In this document: positions 1 through 13,007 of the stretch, piece by piece
How positions within the stretch are numbered: position 1 is the first letter of the stretch
How the letters are laid out: each line of letters opens with the position of its first letter
NCBI GenBank assembly: GCA_053919585.1
Contig: CM132815.1
Direction: 5' to 3' (one strand)
DNA: 64,000 nt
Source: Euprymna scolopes
Taxonomy: Eukaryota
Position numbers and translations under genes: made by a program
Notes under the pieces: generated by a model
The model's database searches: none
Seen by the model: only the letters and a program-made list of their open reading frames with translations
Told to the model about the DNA's origin: nothing

Positions 1-78
1 AAATATTAAAATCAAGTTTTCTACCAAAAAACAGTTTTCTACCAATAAAAGTTCATAAATGCTATCCCATTAATCATA

Positions 79-291
79 CAGGGTGACCCCAAAAAACGGA
101 CCCCAACTTTAATTATGCCCCGTTTCTTAGTGTTTTGTCCGAATGAAATGAAACTTTGGTCATAACTAGTTTATTATATTCGAAGCATCACATCAAAACA
201 CTTGGATCTTTGGCCTTTTTTTCTCCGTTCTACAGCATATGTTCTAGATGGCCTCCATTTAGCTTTTGTTTTTGTTTTTTTGGTCACCCTG
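79..291. mobile_element. Tc1/mariner-type MITE
   Basis: TA|CAGGGTGACC...GGTCACCCTG|TA inverted termini with TA duplication. Confidence 0.8.
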
Positions 292-900
292 TAGTAGCAA
301 CCAGACTCATTAAAAAGGATTTCCAAAACTACCTGGCGAACCAAGTGCAAGAAAGATAACAGCAACAGCACTTACAGGGATGGTTTGAATCCTAAAACGG
401 TCTCTTGGTTGGAATGTATAAGATAGCGGTTGAATGTCTAGCATCTAATAGTTACAAGAGGTACCACACAAACGTTTATAACGTAGTCTTGTTCTGCCAG
501 GTCAGCATTTTAAACCATGATGTAGACGTGCCGTAATCAAGCAAAATGCATATATATGCATAGAGATTGGAAGGAGAAAAGAAAGAAAGAAAAAGACATG
601 TGGAAAGTTAACTCGGCAAGCACACGATGACTCTCCCTCATTTCCTTCAATTGATAGCCAGCAGTGTCTGGTGCCGTGGATTGACAGCCAGCTTTGTCTG
701 ATGCTGTGTATTGACAGTTGGCCGATGTGACGGTCAAAAAGAGAGAACATACTGGTGTTAAATACATATTGGTAACGAGCGTGGTAAAACAAAGAAAATA
801 AATAACTTTTTCTTGCACCTGGAAAGTTTGTGCCGAAGTTTTAGTTTACTTTTTGACTACATACAACATTTGGGTCTGTTAGAGAGAATAAGAACATTAA

Positions 901-2243
901 ATGTTGCTAACGTCCATAGATGATAAACTACTGACTGACAAACAATATGAATTTAGACAAGCCCGTTCCACAGCAGACATCCTCACTGTGATCTCTGAAC
1001 GTATATACCATTCACTGGACAAAGCAGGGGAGGGCAGAGCGGTAGCTCTAGATATATCTAAGGCTTTTGACAGGGTATGGCATGAGGGTCTCCTCAGTAA
1101 AATCAGATCATACGGTATCACTGGTAGAATACTTAACATAATTAAATCCTTCTTAGATAAGAGAAAAATCCAGGTTGTCCTCGACGGTCGTACATCTAAA
1201 CAATATGATATAAATGCGGGGGTGCCCCAGGGTTCTATCCTTGGACCTCTATTGTTCCTGATATTCATAAATGACCTCCCCGACAACATTGCCTCTGAGA
1301 TGGGTATGTATGCTGATGACACTACACTCTATGGCAGACACGACAGGAAGACGAATGAACACATTTCTAAAGAAATGGCAGAAACACTAGAGGAAGACCT
1401 CCAATCTGTAGTGGAATGGGGACAAAAGTGGTTGGTCGCGTTCAATGCTGCTAAGACTAAACTAGTTTCATTCAATAATTACAAGAAACCCTCCCTACCA
1501 CCCATAGCAATGGCCAACGACTCTTTATCTGAGAGTCCATCTTTCAAACTCCTTGGCCTAACGTTCACAGGAAACATGAGTTGGAACAATTACATTGAAG
1601 GCATTGCCAGGGTCGCTGCAAGAAAGGTAGGCTCTCTCTACCGTGCTAGAAAACTACTAACACCCGAAAGTATCCTGTACCTCTATAAGGCCACCATTCG
1701 CCCATGTATGGAGTATTGCTGCCACATCTGGGCTGGTGCATCTGCTACTAGTCTCTCGCTCCTTGACAAGGTTCAAAAGAGAGTCGCAAACCTGATAGGC
1801 CCTAACCTGCCATCTAAGCTTCAGCCTCTGTCCCATCGACGAAATGTTGCATCTCTCTGCCTTTTCTACAAGTATTTTAATGGTGAATGCTCTGACGAAC
1901 TGCAATCACTTGTGGCCCCACGACGTGAGCACCCTCGACAAACCCGACAGGCTGCTAAATCCCACCCCCACACTGTAGAGATCCCTAGATGTAAAAGATC
2001 TTTTTACTCCAATAGTTTCTTCCCCAGAACCGCAAGACTCTGGAATTCCATTCCAGGTCCCTGCTTCCCCAACAGTACTGACGTGCAGAAGTTCAAGTGT
2101 AACGTGAACCGACACCTTGCTGCCCAAATCCCTACATAGTACCCCAGTAGTTGCTGCCCCTTATAGTAGCCCCCTACACCAAAGTGGCAATTTGCCTTGT
2201 TTGGGGTGAAAATGTAATACAAAAAAAAAAAAAAAAAAAAAAA
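901..2243 (+). mobile_element. CR1/Zenon-like LINE, subfamily A, 5'-truncated, open RT frame
   Basis: 412-aa uninterrupted ORF with LDISKAFDRVWH, GVPQGSILGP, YADD and the C-terminal [11 protein letters not shown] / SFFPRTARLWN motifs. A short 3'UTR and poly(A) follow at 2219-2243. Confidence 0.93.
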
Positions 2244-3079
2244 GAAAAAGTGCTGCTATCAGTGCAAACACTGATGAGTTTTTTTTTGGGGGGGGGGATG
2301 TACACAAGTTCAAAAATTATTTTGAAAGATAAGAATAAACAAATTTTCACAAGGAGACAATTTATTTTAGCAGTAAAAGATAAAGATATAAAAATTATTA
2401 ACTTTTTTCATCATGAGTGTTGTTACCTGCACAACATTCTATATGGCCAAGGCGTTTTCAGTTGTAGTCAGTAAGCTGAGAATTTTGAAGTGAACCTTTT
2501 ATTTCCACTGTTGTAGACTGATCTTATTCAGCGTTCAATGCTTTTTAGAGATATTGTAACAATAATTTTTGTTCTTATGATCCTTTACCAGGGATTGAAC
2601 TCATAACTTTTAGAGAGGACTCATAACTAGGCTGTAACAGCAGCATATTCTTTTTTGTTTTGACTTGAATATATATCTGACACAGTTAATCAACCGTGAA
2701 CCACATCACTCTATATAAAAGCATACAAGATATCAACGGATATATACCTGAGAATTAAAACAAAGAAAAGAATATGCTGTTGTCCTAGCGCTATTCATAA
2801 TACAACTCTAAAATGAGAACATTAACAAATATACTGCCCCTTCCCTTCCTCATCAATCAAACTTTGTTGGGTTTTTTTACTACCTATTCAGGTCGGAGTA
2901 GACATTTTTATTTTGCTTGCGCATACTAACTTATACAGAAAAAAATATATGTTGCTTGTAGTTTGAAATATACAGGTGAGATACAGCAAGTATCAGACAA
3001 AAGTTGATGTCTACACCAAACAATAGGAAAATTTATAGAGTAGAATTTTAATCAAAAATATCAGTTTTATTTATTAAAA

Positions 3080-3625
3080 TTTTTTTTTTTATTGCTATTT
3101 CACTCCAAACAATGTGCAGTGTTACTTGGATATAGGGGGTTACTATTTGGAACATAATTTGCAGAGATACTATGTAGGGAGCTGAGCAGCAAGATATCTG
3201 TTTACATTACACTTGAACATGTCAGTACAGTCAGCGAAGCAGGAACCTGGGAGGGAATTCCAAAGTCGAGCAGTTCAAGGGATGAAATTATTAGAGTTGA
3301 AAGCTTTCCGGCATCTAGGGATCTCTATTGTGTAGGGGGTGGAATTTTGCTGCTCATCGATGGTATTTAAGTGGGTAGGTGGGTGGGGGTGGGGGGGTAC
3401 AAGAGCTTAGCTTGGCATTCGTCAGAGCACATTCCCTTAAAATACTTGTAAAACAGAAACAGGGATGCAACATTTCATGGATGGGTCAGGGGCCGGAGTT
3501 TGTTATACAGAGCAGAACCTATCAGGTTGGCAACTTTTTTTTAATCCTGTCTAGGAGAGAAAGACTAGTAGCAGGTGCACTAGACCAAATGTGGCAACAA
3601 TACTCTATGGGTGGATAGTGGCCTT
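3080..3625 (-). mobile_element. CR1-like subfamily A, degraded 3' fragment
   Basis: Reverse complement aligns by eye to 1690-2220 including the 3'UTR and poly(A). Confidence 0.8.
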
Positions 3626-5007
3626 GAGTGTATCGTATATTTCCAGTCTTTCATTAGCACAAATGTGTTTTACATCTTTAAAAACAAGAACAAGGGAGAT
3701 AAATCATTAAATGCAAAATATGATGAAACTAATTTATTCTGTGATTAAAATGCAGGACAAACCTGACCTCGTACAACGTGCCATCTGTTTGAGGAAAGGA
3801 TAAAGAAAAAAATTGGCTGCTCTTGTTATTTATGGACTGGTGGTCACATGAGCTAATGAGAGGTTTTTTTTTTTTGCATGGTAATTACCACTTATCAAGG
3901 CTCAGAAGCCATTCGGGGATAAGGGTTATTGCGTGTACAACAGTTAGAGCAGGACAGAGAGGGAAAGTAAGAGAGAAAAAGACAGGAAAAATTTCCGACA
4001 TCTCAGGTTATTGTTCACAAAGTACTGCCAATCTGGAAAGCAGCTTTTTCTTCACCCTTTGTCAGAAAAATCACTCATTGGAAATGAGGACTGAGGGACA
4101 AATAAGGAGAGGCGAGAGTTACTGGAGCTGCCGATAACACATCCACAGTGCATTTTCTACTCTCCAGTTGAGGGAAATATGCAAATGAGATGCAGTCCGT
4201 TTTTCAAATAAAAAACGCCTGTGTGTCAGAGAGTGAGCGCGTATCTCTTTGGCAGAAGGAAGTTTCTGACACGTGTGCTGGGGTTTGATATCAAGAATTG
4301 TGTAAAAGGAGAACATGACTGTTGGAAATTCTTTCTTTGGACTTTACGTTCTCATATTACCAACACATTTAACTGCATATTCATATTATTTAGATTCTTC
4401 AAACTACTGTTCTTATCCTGAGCGTTGTTTTTAATTTACTCGAGACTAAAGGTTCAATCCTCAATATGAGTGTCACTCAAAATACAATTTCAAATTATTT
4501 GGAACATCTACCCAGCCATAGCTGAAAGGATGAGAGCATGCTACCCCCCATGGATTAAATAAATGGTTCGGGTTAGGGTTTCAGTGCACTTTCCAGAGTT
4601 TGACAAGGTACACTTTAAGTTGGAGGTTACATCAACCGAAACACTGTGAAAATAAAATTCAAGAATCCGAATAATCAAAATAATCAATCCTTATCTCAAA
4701 ATTTGGAAACAATATTTGTGAATTTGGGAATCTTTTTAATCAATTTAATTCAGAAATGTAAACTGATTTATATTTCTAACTAAAATTCTATTTGATAATT
4801 TTTGTTAATTTTTACCTTCTTTTGCTTAATCTGTAATATAATAAAAGTTTTCTTGTTAATTTGTTTTGAACCATCATATTTCATCTGTATATTTCTAACT
4901 ACAAACACAAAAAAATACATTCTTTTAGTTGTGGTTTTATTTTAGTCTTTAATTTAAAATATGAGTTATTCCCCTTTATATTATTTGAGTTATGTTTTAT
5001 GATTGAC

Positions 5008-5738
5008 TTAGCGTGGGTACCCGGCATTGCCCGGGTGTTTCAAGGTGTGTGAATTAAACCTGAAGCCCTGAGGAGGAGTTGGAAAATAAAATGTGAAAAA
5101 AACATCACACGTTAACCGATCAGCCAGCAAGAATGAGTTACTGAAAGAAGTTTGAATTTATTTAATTAAGAAGAGAATTGAAAGGTACCCGCACTAAATG
5201 ACGTCAAGTGGAAGTCGTAGAGTTAACATTTTGTGTGAGCGTTACGACGACGACATAAGCAATAGCTATTCAGCAGTTAACATTTTCTGCGGGACAGTTT
5301 TTAATGAGGTCAATAATTCGGTTTGTTTGTTTTTACCCAACTTTGGGGAAAACCAGCTCCCCGTTTATTAGAGAAGTGTCCAGACGAAAGCAATTGTTTG
5401 ATATGACGCTAAAAAAGCAGACATTGACCAAACGTTTACATCGCTTTCCGGAGACCACCGGGAAGTGCTGATTCAAATCTAGTTTCACTTTTTTTATACT
5501 GAAAAGTGAAAGATACACGCGATGATCTAAAATTCTGGAAAAAATAGCGCGTGAAAGTCGGGCAAATTAAATACACACGCAACCCTCATTCGTAACTCTT
5601 CGATATTATCATTTAGACAGCATATAAAAAGTTTTAAGAAGGAATGAGCCGACTGAGAAGTCCAGTGAAAAAAGACTTTTACAGACATACACAAAAAGCG
5701 AACATACATACACATATTTTCACTTTTATATTTATAGA
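5008..5738 (+). mobile_element. Helentron/DINE-like non-autonomous element
   Basis: 5' TAGC..CCCGGCATTGCCCGGG hairpin, 3' (CATA)n then TTTTATATTTATAGA end. Similar architecture at 18305-18736 and 55046-55515. Confidence 0.5.
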
Positions 5739-6660
5739 AGGCACTGTTTATATATGACGCGTCACGTGATCCTAATTGACATCGAAATGTAAAAGTTTTC
5801 AAATATAACCTCTTTATTTTACTGGCAAATTTCCAAATTTGATGTACTATATTAAAGAAAAAGTCAGCAGTCTACTAAAGTCGTTTTTTATTAATACGGG
5901 TTGATTTTTATTTTTTTAAGTGATTAATGTTCTATATTACTTATTATTCAGATCAAGCGAAGTAATTTGCTTTTTAATAAATTGTCCTAAAGTACATTAT
6001 TTATATCTATTTGCATGATTATATTGTCAATAACATGATGGAACAATAACAAATGAAAATTGGCTAGACAGAAGTAAAGTTTGATTCGTCAGCTTAAATG
6101 CCATTCGGATGCAATTTTAAAATCCAACAAGATAACTTTATATGTTAGATTAATTTTCTTTTTTAATTATTGTTTCTTTTTTTATTTCATATTTTTTTCC
6201 TATAAAATTCTTATTGCTTTCACCAATGAAATTATGTGCTCTATAGAGTTATTGATTTATCACTAAATTCATGGTCAGCCTGACTAATTGTCACCAAACC
6301 AAATTTGATAAAAAAAAAAAAAAATTAAAAAAAAAAAGTTTATGGTCTATCTTTGAATTGATTTAATTTTGAGATATCTAAGTCAATGAGCAAATTCAAA
6401 GTCACGAGAAAAAGTGAAAGTCAAACTTTTGACGATAACTTTCGTTCATCAGAGAGACTCACAACTTGGTCAATGTTGTAGCCAACGAAGTCCTATATCT
6501 TATATGGCCTGGATTTTTACTAGTTTTTATCATGATTGATTTATAAATTGAATTTCAACTCCGATTTTTCAAATTTAATATATACCCTTTGATAACAATA
6601 ACATTAACCATTACGATTTAGATGAGGATTATTTGTATTATTTCGATTCAGTAACATCTT

Positions 6661-7017
6661 AAGTGTCATTTACACAACGTTTCAGTCGATGTATCTGACC
6701 TTCTGCAGACCTGCAGACCCGTGGTGCAATGGTTAGAGTACTTGAAAAATCAATTGTAAAAACTGATATTCTCCAGAAAGATGAAAGTTCAATCTTCAGT
6801 GTTTGCAACTGAAAAATACAATTGCGAATTACTTAGGCGGTCTATCCAGTCATGGTTGATGGATCAAGAGCATGCTACCCCCGTGAAATAAATAAAAGGT
6901 TGCATTTGAAATTCTGTCCAAATTCCCAAGCTCGACAGAAACATTCCTAACTTCGACAAGATACACCTGAAGAAGGTCGGAGGTTACATCGACCGAAACA
7001 TTGTGGAAATGACACTA
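6661..7017 (+). mobile_element. Small element with inverted Penelope-like ends and an internal tRNA-like A/B-box head
   Basis: 6661-6703 is the reverse complement of ~6970-7017. Internal GTGGTGCAATGG and GTTCAATC boxes. A related copy lies at ~4445-4650. Confidence 0.55.
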
Positions 7018-7398
7018 ACGATGAGAACAGTAGTTCGATGGATTCGAATAATATGAATGTTAATTTTTATTATCGTTATTAGTATTGTTATTAGTACAGA
7101 TTGAACCTTCAACTTCCAGAAGCCCGCTTTAATTTCAGTCTGATCAAATAAACAGTTTTTGATTTATCTAGGTTTCAATGACATAACTTCACGAATACTT
7201 CATATAATATGGAGAAGTAAGGCACGGGCAAAACTTTGGTCTATCCTTACGTTGTCAGGCAGAAACATGCAATCTCACAATCGATTTATGTTCTTGTTTT
7301 ATCTATGGTTTAAAAACAGTTTTTTTATTTAATTTTAATGGTCTAATGAAATCAAAAGAACACAGTGCTTTAAAGTGTACATGCAAGCATTTAAAGGA

Positions 7399-10300
7399 AA
7401 AAAATCTAAATAATCCTAAAGAACTATGATCATTAAAAGATAAAGCAGGTTCAATATTAAATAAAATAAAAAATTTAAATAATCCTAAAGAACTATGATC
7501 ATTAAAAGATAAAGCAGGTTCAATATTAAATAAAATAAAAAATTTAAATAATCCTAAAGAACTATGATCATTAAAAGATAAAGCAGGTTCAATATTAAAT
7601 AAAATAAAAAATTTAAATAATCCTAAAGAACTATGATCATTAAAAGATAAAGCAGGTTCAATATTAAATAAAATAAAAAATTTAAATAATCCTAAAGAAC
7701 TATGATCATTAAAAGATAAAGCAGGTTCAATATTAAATAAAATAAAAAATTTAAATAATCCTAAAGAACTATGATCATTAAAAGATAAAGCAGGTTCAAT
7801 ATTAAATAAAATTAAAAATTTAAATAATCCTAAAGAACTATGATCATTAAAAGATAAAGCAGGTTCAATATTAAATAAAATAAAAAATTTAAATAATCCT
7901 AAAGAACTATGATCATTAAAAGATAAAGCAGGTTCAATATTAAATAAAATAAAAAATCTAAATAATCCTAAAGAACTATGATCATTAAAAGATAAAGCAG
8001 GTTCAATATTAAATAAAATAAAAAATTTAAATAATCCTAAAGAACTATGATCATTAAAAGATAAAGCAGGTTCAATATTAAATAAAATTAAAAATTTAAA
8101 TAATCCTAAAGAACTATGATCATTAAAAGATAAAGCAGGTTCAATATTAAATAAAATAAAAAATTTAAATAATCCTAAAGAACTATGATCATTAAAAGAT
8201 AAAGCAGGTTCAATATTAAATAAAATTAAAAATTTAAATAATCCTAAAGAACTATGATCATTAAAAGATAAAGCAGGTTCAATATTAAATAAAATTAAAA
8301 ATTTAAATAATCCTAAAGAACTATGATCATTAAAAGATAAAGCAGGTTCAATATTAAATAAAATAAAAAATTTAAATAATCCTAAAGAACTATGATCATT
8401 AAAAGATAAAGCAGGTTCAATATTAAATAAAATAAAAAATTTAAATAATCCTAAAGAACTATGATCATTAAAAGATAAAGCAGGTTCAATATTAAATAAA
8501 ATTAAAAATTTAAATAATCCTAAAGAACTATGATCATTAAAAGATAAAGCAGGTTCAATATTAAATAAAATAAAAAATTTAAATAATCCTAAAGAACTAT
8601 GATCATTAAAAGATAAAGCAGGTTCAATATTAAATAAAATAAAAAATTTAAATAATCCTAAAGAACTATGATCATTAAAAGATAAAGCAGGTTCAATATT
8701 AAATAAAATTAAAAATTTAAATAATCCTAAAGAACTATGATCATTAAAAGATAAAGCAGGTTCAATATTAAATAAAATAAAAAATTTAAATAATCCTAAA
8801 GAACTATGATCATTAAAAGATAAAGCAGGTTCAATATTAAATAAAATAAAAAATCTAAATAATCCTAAAGAACTATGATCATTAAAAGATAAAGCAGGTT
8901 CAATATTAAATAAAATTAAAAATTTAAATAATCCTAAAGAACTATGATCATTAAAAGATAAAGCAGGTTCAATATTAAATAAAATTAAAAATTTAAATAA
9001 TCCTAAAGAACTATGATCATTAAAAGATAAAGCAGGTTCAATATTAAATAAAATTAAAAATTTAAATAATCCTAAAAGAACTATGATCATTAAAAGATAA
9101 AGCAGGTTCAATATTAAATAAAATAAAAAATTTAAATAATCCTAAAGAACTATGATCATTAAAAGATAAAGCAGGTTCAATATTAAATAAAATTAAAAAT
9201 TTAAATAATCCTAAAGAACTATGATCATTAAAAGATAAAGCAGGTTCAATATTAAATAAAATAAAAAATCTAAATAATCCTAAAGAACTATGATCATTAA
9301 AAGATAAAGCAGGTTCAATATTAAATAAAATAAAAAAATTTAAATAATCCTAAAGAACTATGATCATTAAAAGATAAAGCAGGTTCAATATTAAATAAAA
9401 TAAAAAATTTAAATAATCCTAAAGAACTATGATCATTAAAAGATAAAGCAGGTTCAATATTAAATAAAATAAAAAATTTAAATAATCCTAAACAACTATG
9501 ATCATTAAAAGATAAAGCAGGTTCAATATTAAATAAAATTAAAAATTTAAATAATCCTAAAGAACTATGATCATTAAAAGATAAAGCAGGTTCAATATTA
9601 AATAAAAAAAAAAAATCTAAATAATCCTAAAGAACTATGATCATTAAAAGATAAAGCAGGTTCAATATTAAATAAAATTAAAAATTTAAATAATCCTAAA
9701 GAACTATGATCATTAAAAGATAAAGCAGGTTCAATATTAAATAAAATTAAAAATGTAAATAATCCTAAAGAACTATGATCATTAAAAGATAAAGCAGGTT
9801 CAATATTAAATAAAATTAAAAATTTAAATAATCCTAAAAGAACTATGATCATTAAAAGATAAAGCAGGTTCAATATTAAATAAAATAAAAAATTTAAATA
9901 ATCCTAAAGAACTATGATCATTAAAAGATAAAGCAGGTTCAATATTAAATAAAATTAAAAATTTAAATAATCCTAAAGAACTATGATCATTAAAAGATAA
10001 AGCAGGTTCAATATTAAATAAAATAAAAAATCTAAATAATCCTAAAGAACTATGATCATTAAAAGATAAAGCAGGTTCAATATTAAATAAAATAAAAAAA
10101 TTTAAATAATCCTAAAGAACTATGATCATTAAAAGATAAAGCAGGTTCAATATTAAATAAAATAAAAAATTTAAATAATCCTAAAGAACTATGATCATTA
10201 AAAGATAAAGCAGGTTCAATATTAAATAAAATAAAAAATTTAAATAATCCTAAAGAACTATGATCATTAAAAGATAAAGCAGGTTCAATATTAAATAAAA

Positions 10301-12853
10301 TTAAAAATTTAAATAATCCTAAAGAACTATGATCATTAAAAGATAAAGCAGGTTCAATATTAAATAAAATAAAAAATTTAAATAATCCTAAAGAACTATG
10401 ATCATTAAAAGATAAAGCAGGTTCAATATTAAATAAAATAAAAAATCTAAATAATCCTAAAGAACTATGATCATTAAAAGATAAAGCAGGTTCAATATTA
10501 AATAAAATAAAAAATTTAAATAATCCTAAAGAACTATGATCATTAAAAGATAAAGCAGGTTCAATATTAAATAAAATAAAAAATTTAAATAATCCTAAAG
10601 AACTATGATCATTAAAAGATAAAGCAGGTTCAATATTAAATAAAATAAAAAATCTAAATAATCCTAAAGAACTATGATCATTAAAAGATAAAGCAGGTTC
10701 AATATTAAATAAAATAAAAAATTTAAATAATCCTAAAGAACTATGATCATTAAAAGATAAAGCAGGTTCAATATTAAATAAAATAAAAAATTTAAATAAT
10801 CCTAAAGAACTATGATCATTAAAAGATAAAGCAGGTTCAATATTAAATAAAATAAAAAATCTAAATAATCCTAAAGAACTATGATCATTAAAAGATAAAG
10901 CAGGTTCAATATTAAATAAAATAAAAAATTTAAATAATCCTAAAGAACTATGATCATTAAAAGATAAAGCAGGTTCAATATTAAATAAAATAAAAAATTT
11001 AAATAATCCTAAAGAACTATGATCATTAAAAGATAAAGCAGGTTCAATATTAAATAAAATAAAAAATCTAAATAATCCTAAAGAACTATGATCATTAAAA
11101 GATAAAGCAGGTTCAATATTAAATAAAATTAAAAATTTAAATAATCCTAAAGAACTATGATCATTAAAAGATAAAGCAGGTTCAATATTAAATAAAATAA
11201 AAAATTTAAATAATCCTAAAGAACTATGATCATTAAAAGATAAAGCAGGTTCAATATTAAATAAAATAAAAAATCTAAATAATCCTAAAGAACTATGATC
11301 ATTAAAAGATAAAGCAGGTTCAATATTAAATAAAATAAAAAAATTTAAATAATCCTAAAGAACTATGATCATTAAAAGATAAAGCAGGTTCAATATTAAA
11401 TAAAATAAAAAATTTAAATAATCCTAAAGAACTATGATCATTAAAAGATAAAGCAGGTTCAATATTAAATAAAATAAAAAATCTAAATAATCCTAAAGAA
11501 CTATGATAATTAAAAGATAAAGCAGGTTCAATATTAAATAAAATAAAAAATTTAAATAATCCTAAAGAACTATGATCATTAAAAGATAAAGCAGGTTCAA
11601 TATTAAATAAAATAAAAAATCTAAATAATCCTAAAGAACTATGATCATTAAAAGATAAAGCAGGTTCAATATTAAATAAAATAAAAAAATTTAAATAATC
11701 CTAAAGAACTATGATCATTAAAAGATAAAGCAGGTTCAATATTAAATAAAATAAAAAATTTAAATAATCCTAAAGAACTATGATCATTAAAAGATAAAGC
11801 AGGTTCAATATTAAATAAAATAAAAAATCTAAATAATCCTAAAGAACTATGATCATTAAAAGATAAAGCAGGTTCAATATTAAATAAAATAAAAAAATTT
11901 AAATAATCCTAAAGAACTATGATCATTAAAAGATAAAGCAGGTTCAATATTAAATAAAATAAAAAATTTAAATAATCCTAAAGAACTATGATCATTAAAA
12001 GATAAAGCAGGTTCAATATTAAATAAAATAAAAAATTTAAATAATCCTAAAGAACTATGATCATTAAAAGATAAAGCAGGTTCAATATTAAATAAAATTA
12101 AAAATTTAAATAATCCTAAAGAACTATGATCATTAAAAGATAAAGCAGGTTCAATATTAAATAAAAAAAAAAATCTAAATAATCCTAAAGAACTATGATC
12201 ATTAAAAGATAAAGCAGGTTCAATATTAAATAAAATAAAAAATTTAAATAATCCTAAAGAACTATGATCATTAAAAGATAAAGCAGGTTCAATATTAAAT
12301 AAAATAAAAAATTTAAATAATCCTAAAGAACTATGATCATTAAAAGATAAAGCAGGTTCAATTTTAAATAAAATAAAAAATTTAAATAATCCTAAAGAAC
12401 TATGATCATTAAAAGATAAAGCAGGTTCAATATTAAATAAAATAAAAAATTTAAATAATCCTAAAGAACTATGATCATTAAAAGATAAAGCAGGTTCAAT
12501 ATTAAATAAAATAAAAAATTTAAATAATCCTAAAGAACTATGATCATTAAAAGATAAAGCAGGTTCAATATTAAATAAAATAAAAAATTTAAATAATCCT
12601 AAAGAACTATGATCATTAAAAGATAAAGCAGGTTCAATATTAAATAAAATAAAAAATTTAAATAATCCTAAAGAACTATGATCATTAAAAGATAAAGCAG
12701 GTTCAATATTAAATAAAATAAAAAATTTAAATAATCCTAAAGAACTATGATCATTAAAAGATAAAGCAGGTTCAATATTAAATAAAATAAAAAATTTAAA
12801 TAATCCTAAAGAACTATGATCATTAAAAGATAAAGCAGGTTCAATATTAAATA
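7399..12853. repeat. Tandem array of a 69-bp AT-rich unit, ~79 copies, in ERI2 intron 8
   Basis: Unit AAATAATCCTAAAGAACTATGATCATTAAAAGATAAAGCAGGTTCAATATTAAATAAAATAAAAAATTT. It gives the 23-aa periodicity of ORFs 7303..9111 and 9598..9873. Confidence 0.99.
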
Positions 12854-12918
12854 GGCTTTAAAATACAAATTTATTATAAAGAAAAAAAAATTGATTTACT
12901 CCCCCAAAATAGTCATAC

Positions 12919-13007
12919 CCCAGTTAGAGATTTTGTAATCGTCAGGATGCAGCCATCTTGAACCATTCTCCAAGCGAGGAAGGCTGTATTGCGAGCATCA
13001 TCTAGAC
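12919..13007 (-). CDS. ERI2: ERI2 exon 8 (GLDDARNTA...ITKSLTG)
   Basis: CCTGCAG acceptor, GGG|GTATGA donor, 89 nt. Confidence 0.95.

Noticed and set aside
521-868. Possible solo LTR (TGTAG...ACA with ~30-bp internal repeats)
   Set aside because: No target-site duplication and no second copy in the window, so it is unsupported.
897-1322. Antisense ORFs over CR1 copies (e.g. GPRIEPWGTP)
   Set aside because: These are the well-known shadow frames of the RT GVPQGSILGP region, not genes.
2424-2517. Possible ERI2 exon 9 on the minus strand (AG...CAG|GTAAC)
   Set aside because: Poor polypyrimidine tract, an in-frame stop after 19 codons, and no recognisable similarity to ERI2.
7303-9111. 602-aa repetitive hydrophobic ORF as a real protein
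   Set aside because: It arises because the 69-bp unit is a multiple of 3 and stop-free in one frame. It has no ATG start, single-base indels break the frame elsewhere in the array, and it lies in an intron.
7399-12853. CRISPR array
   Set aside because: Units are contiguous and identical with no unique spacers, there are no cas genes, and the context is eukaryotic.
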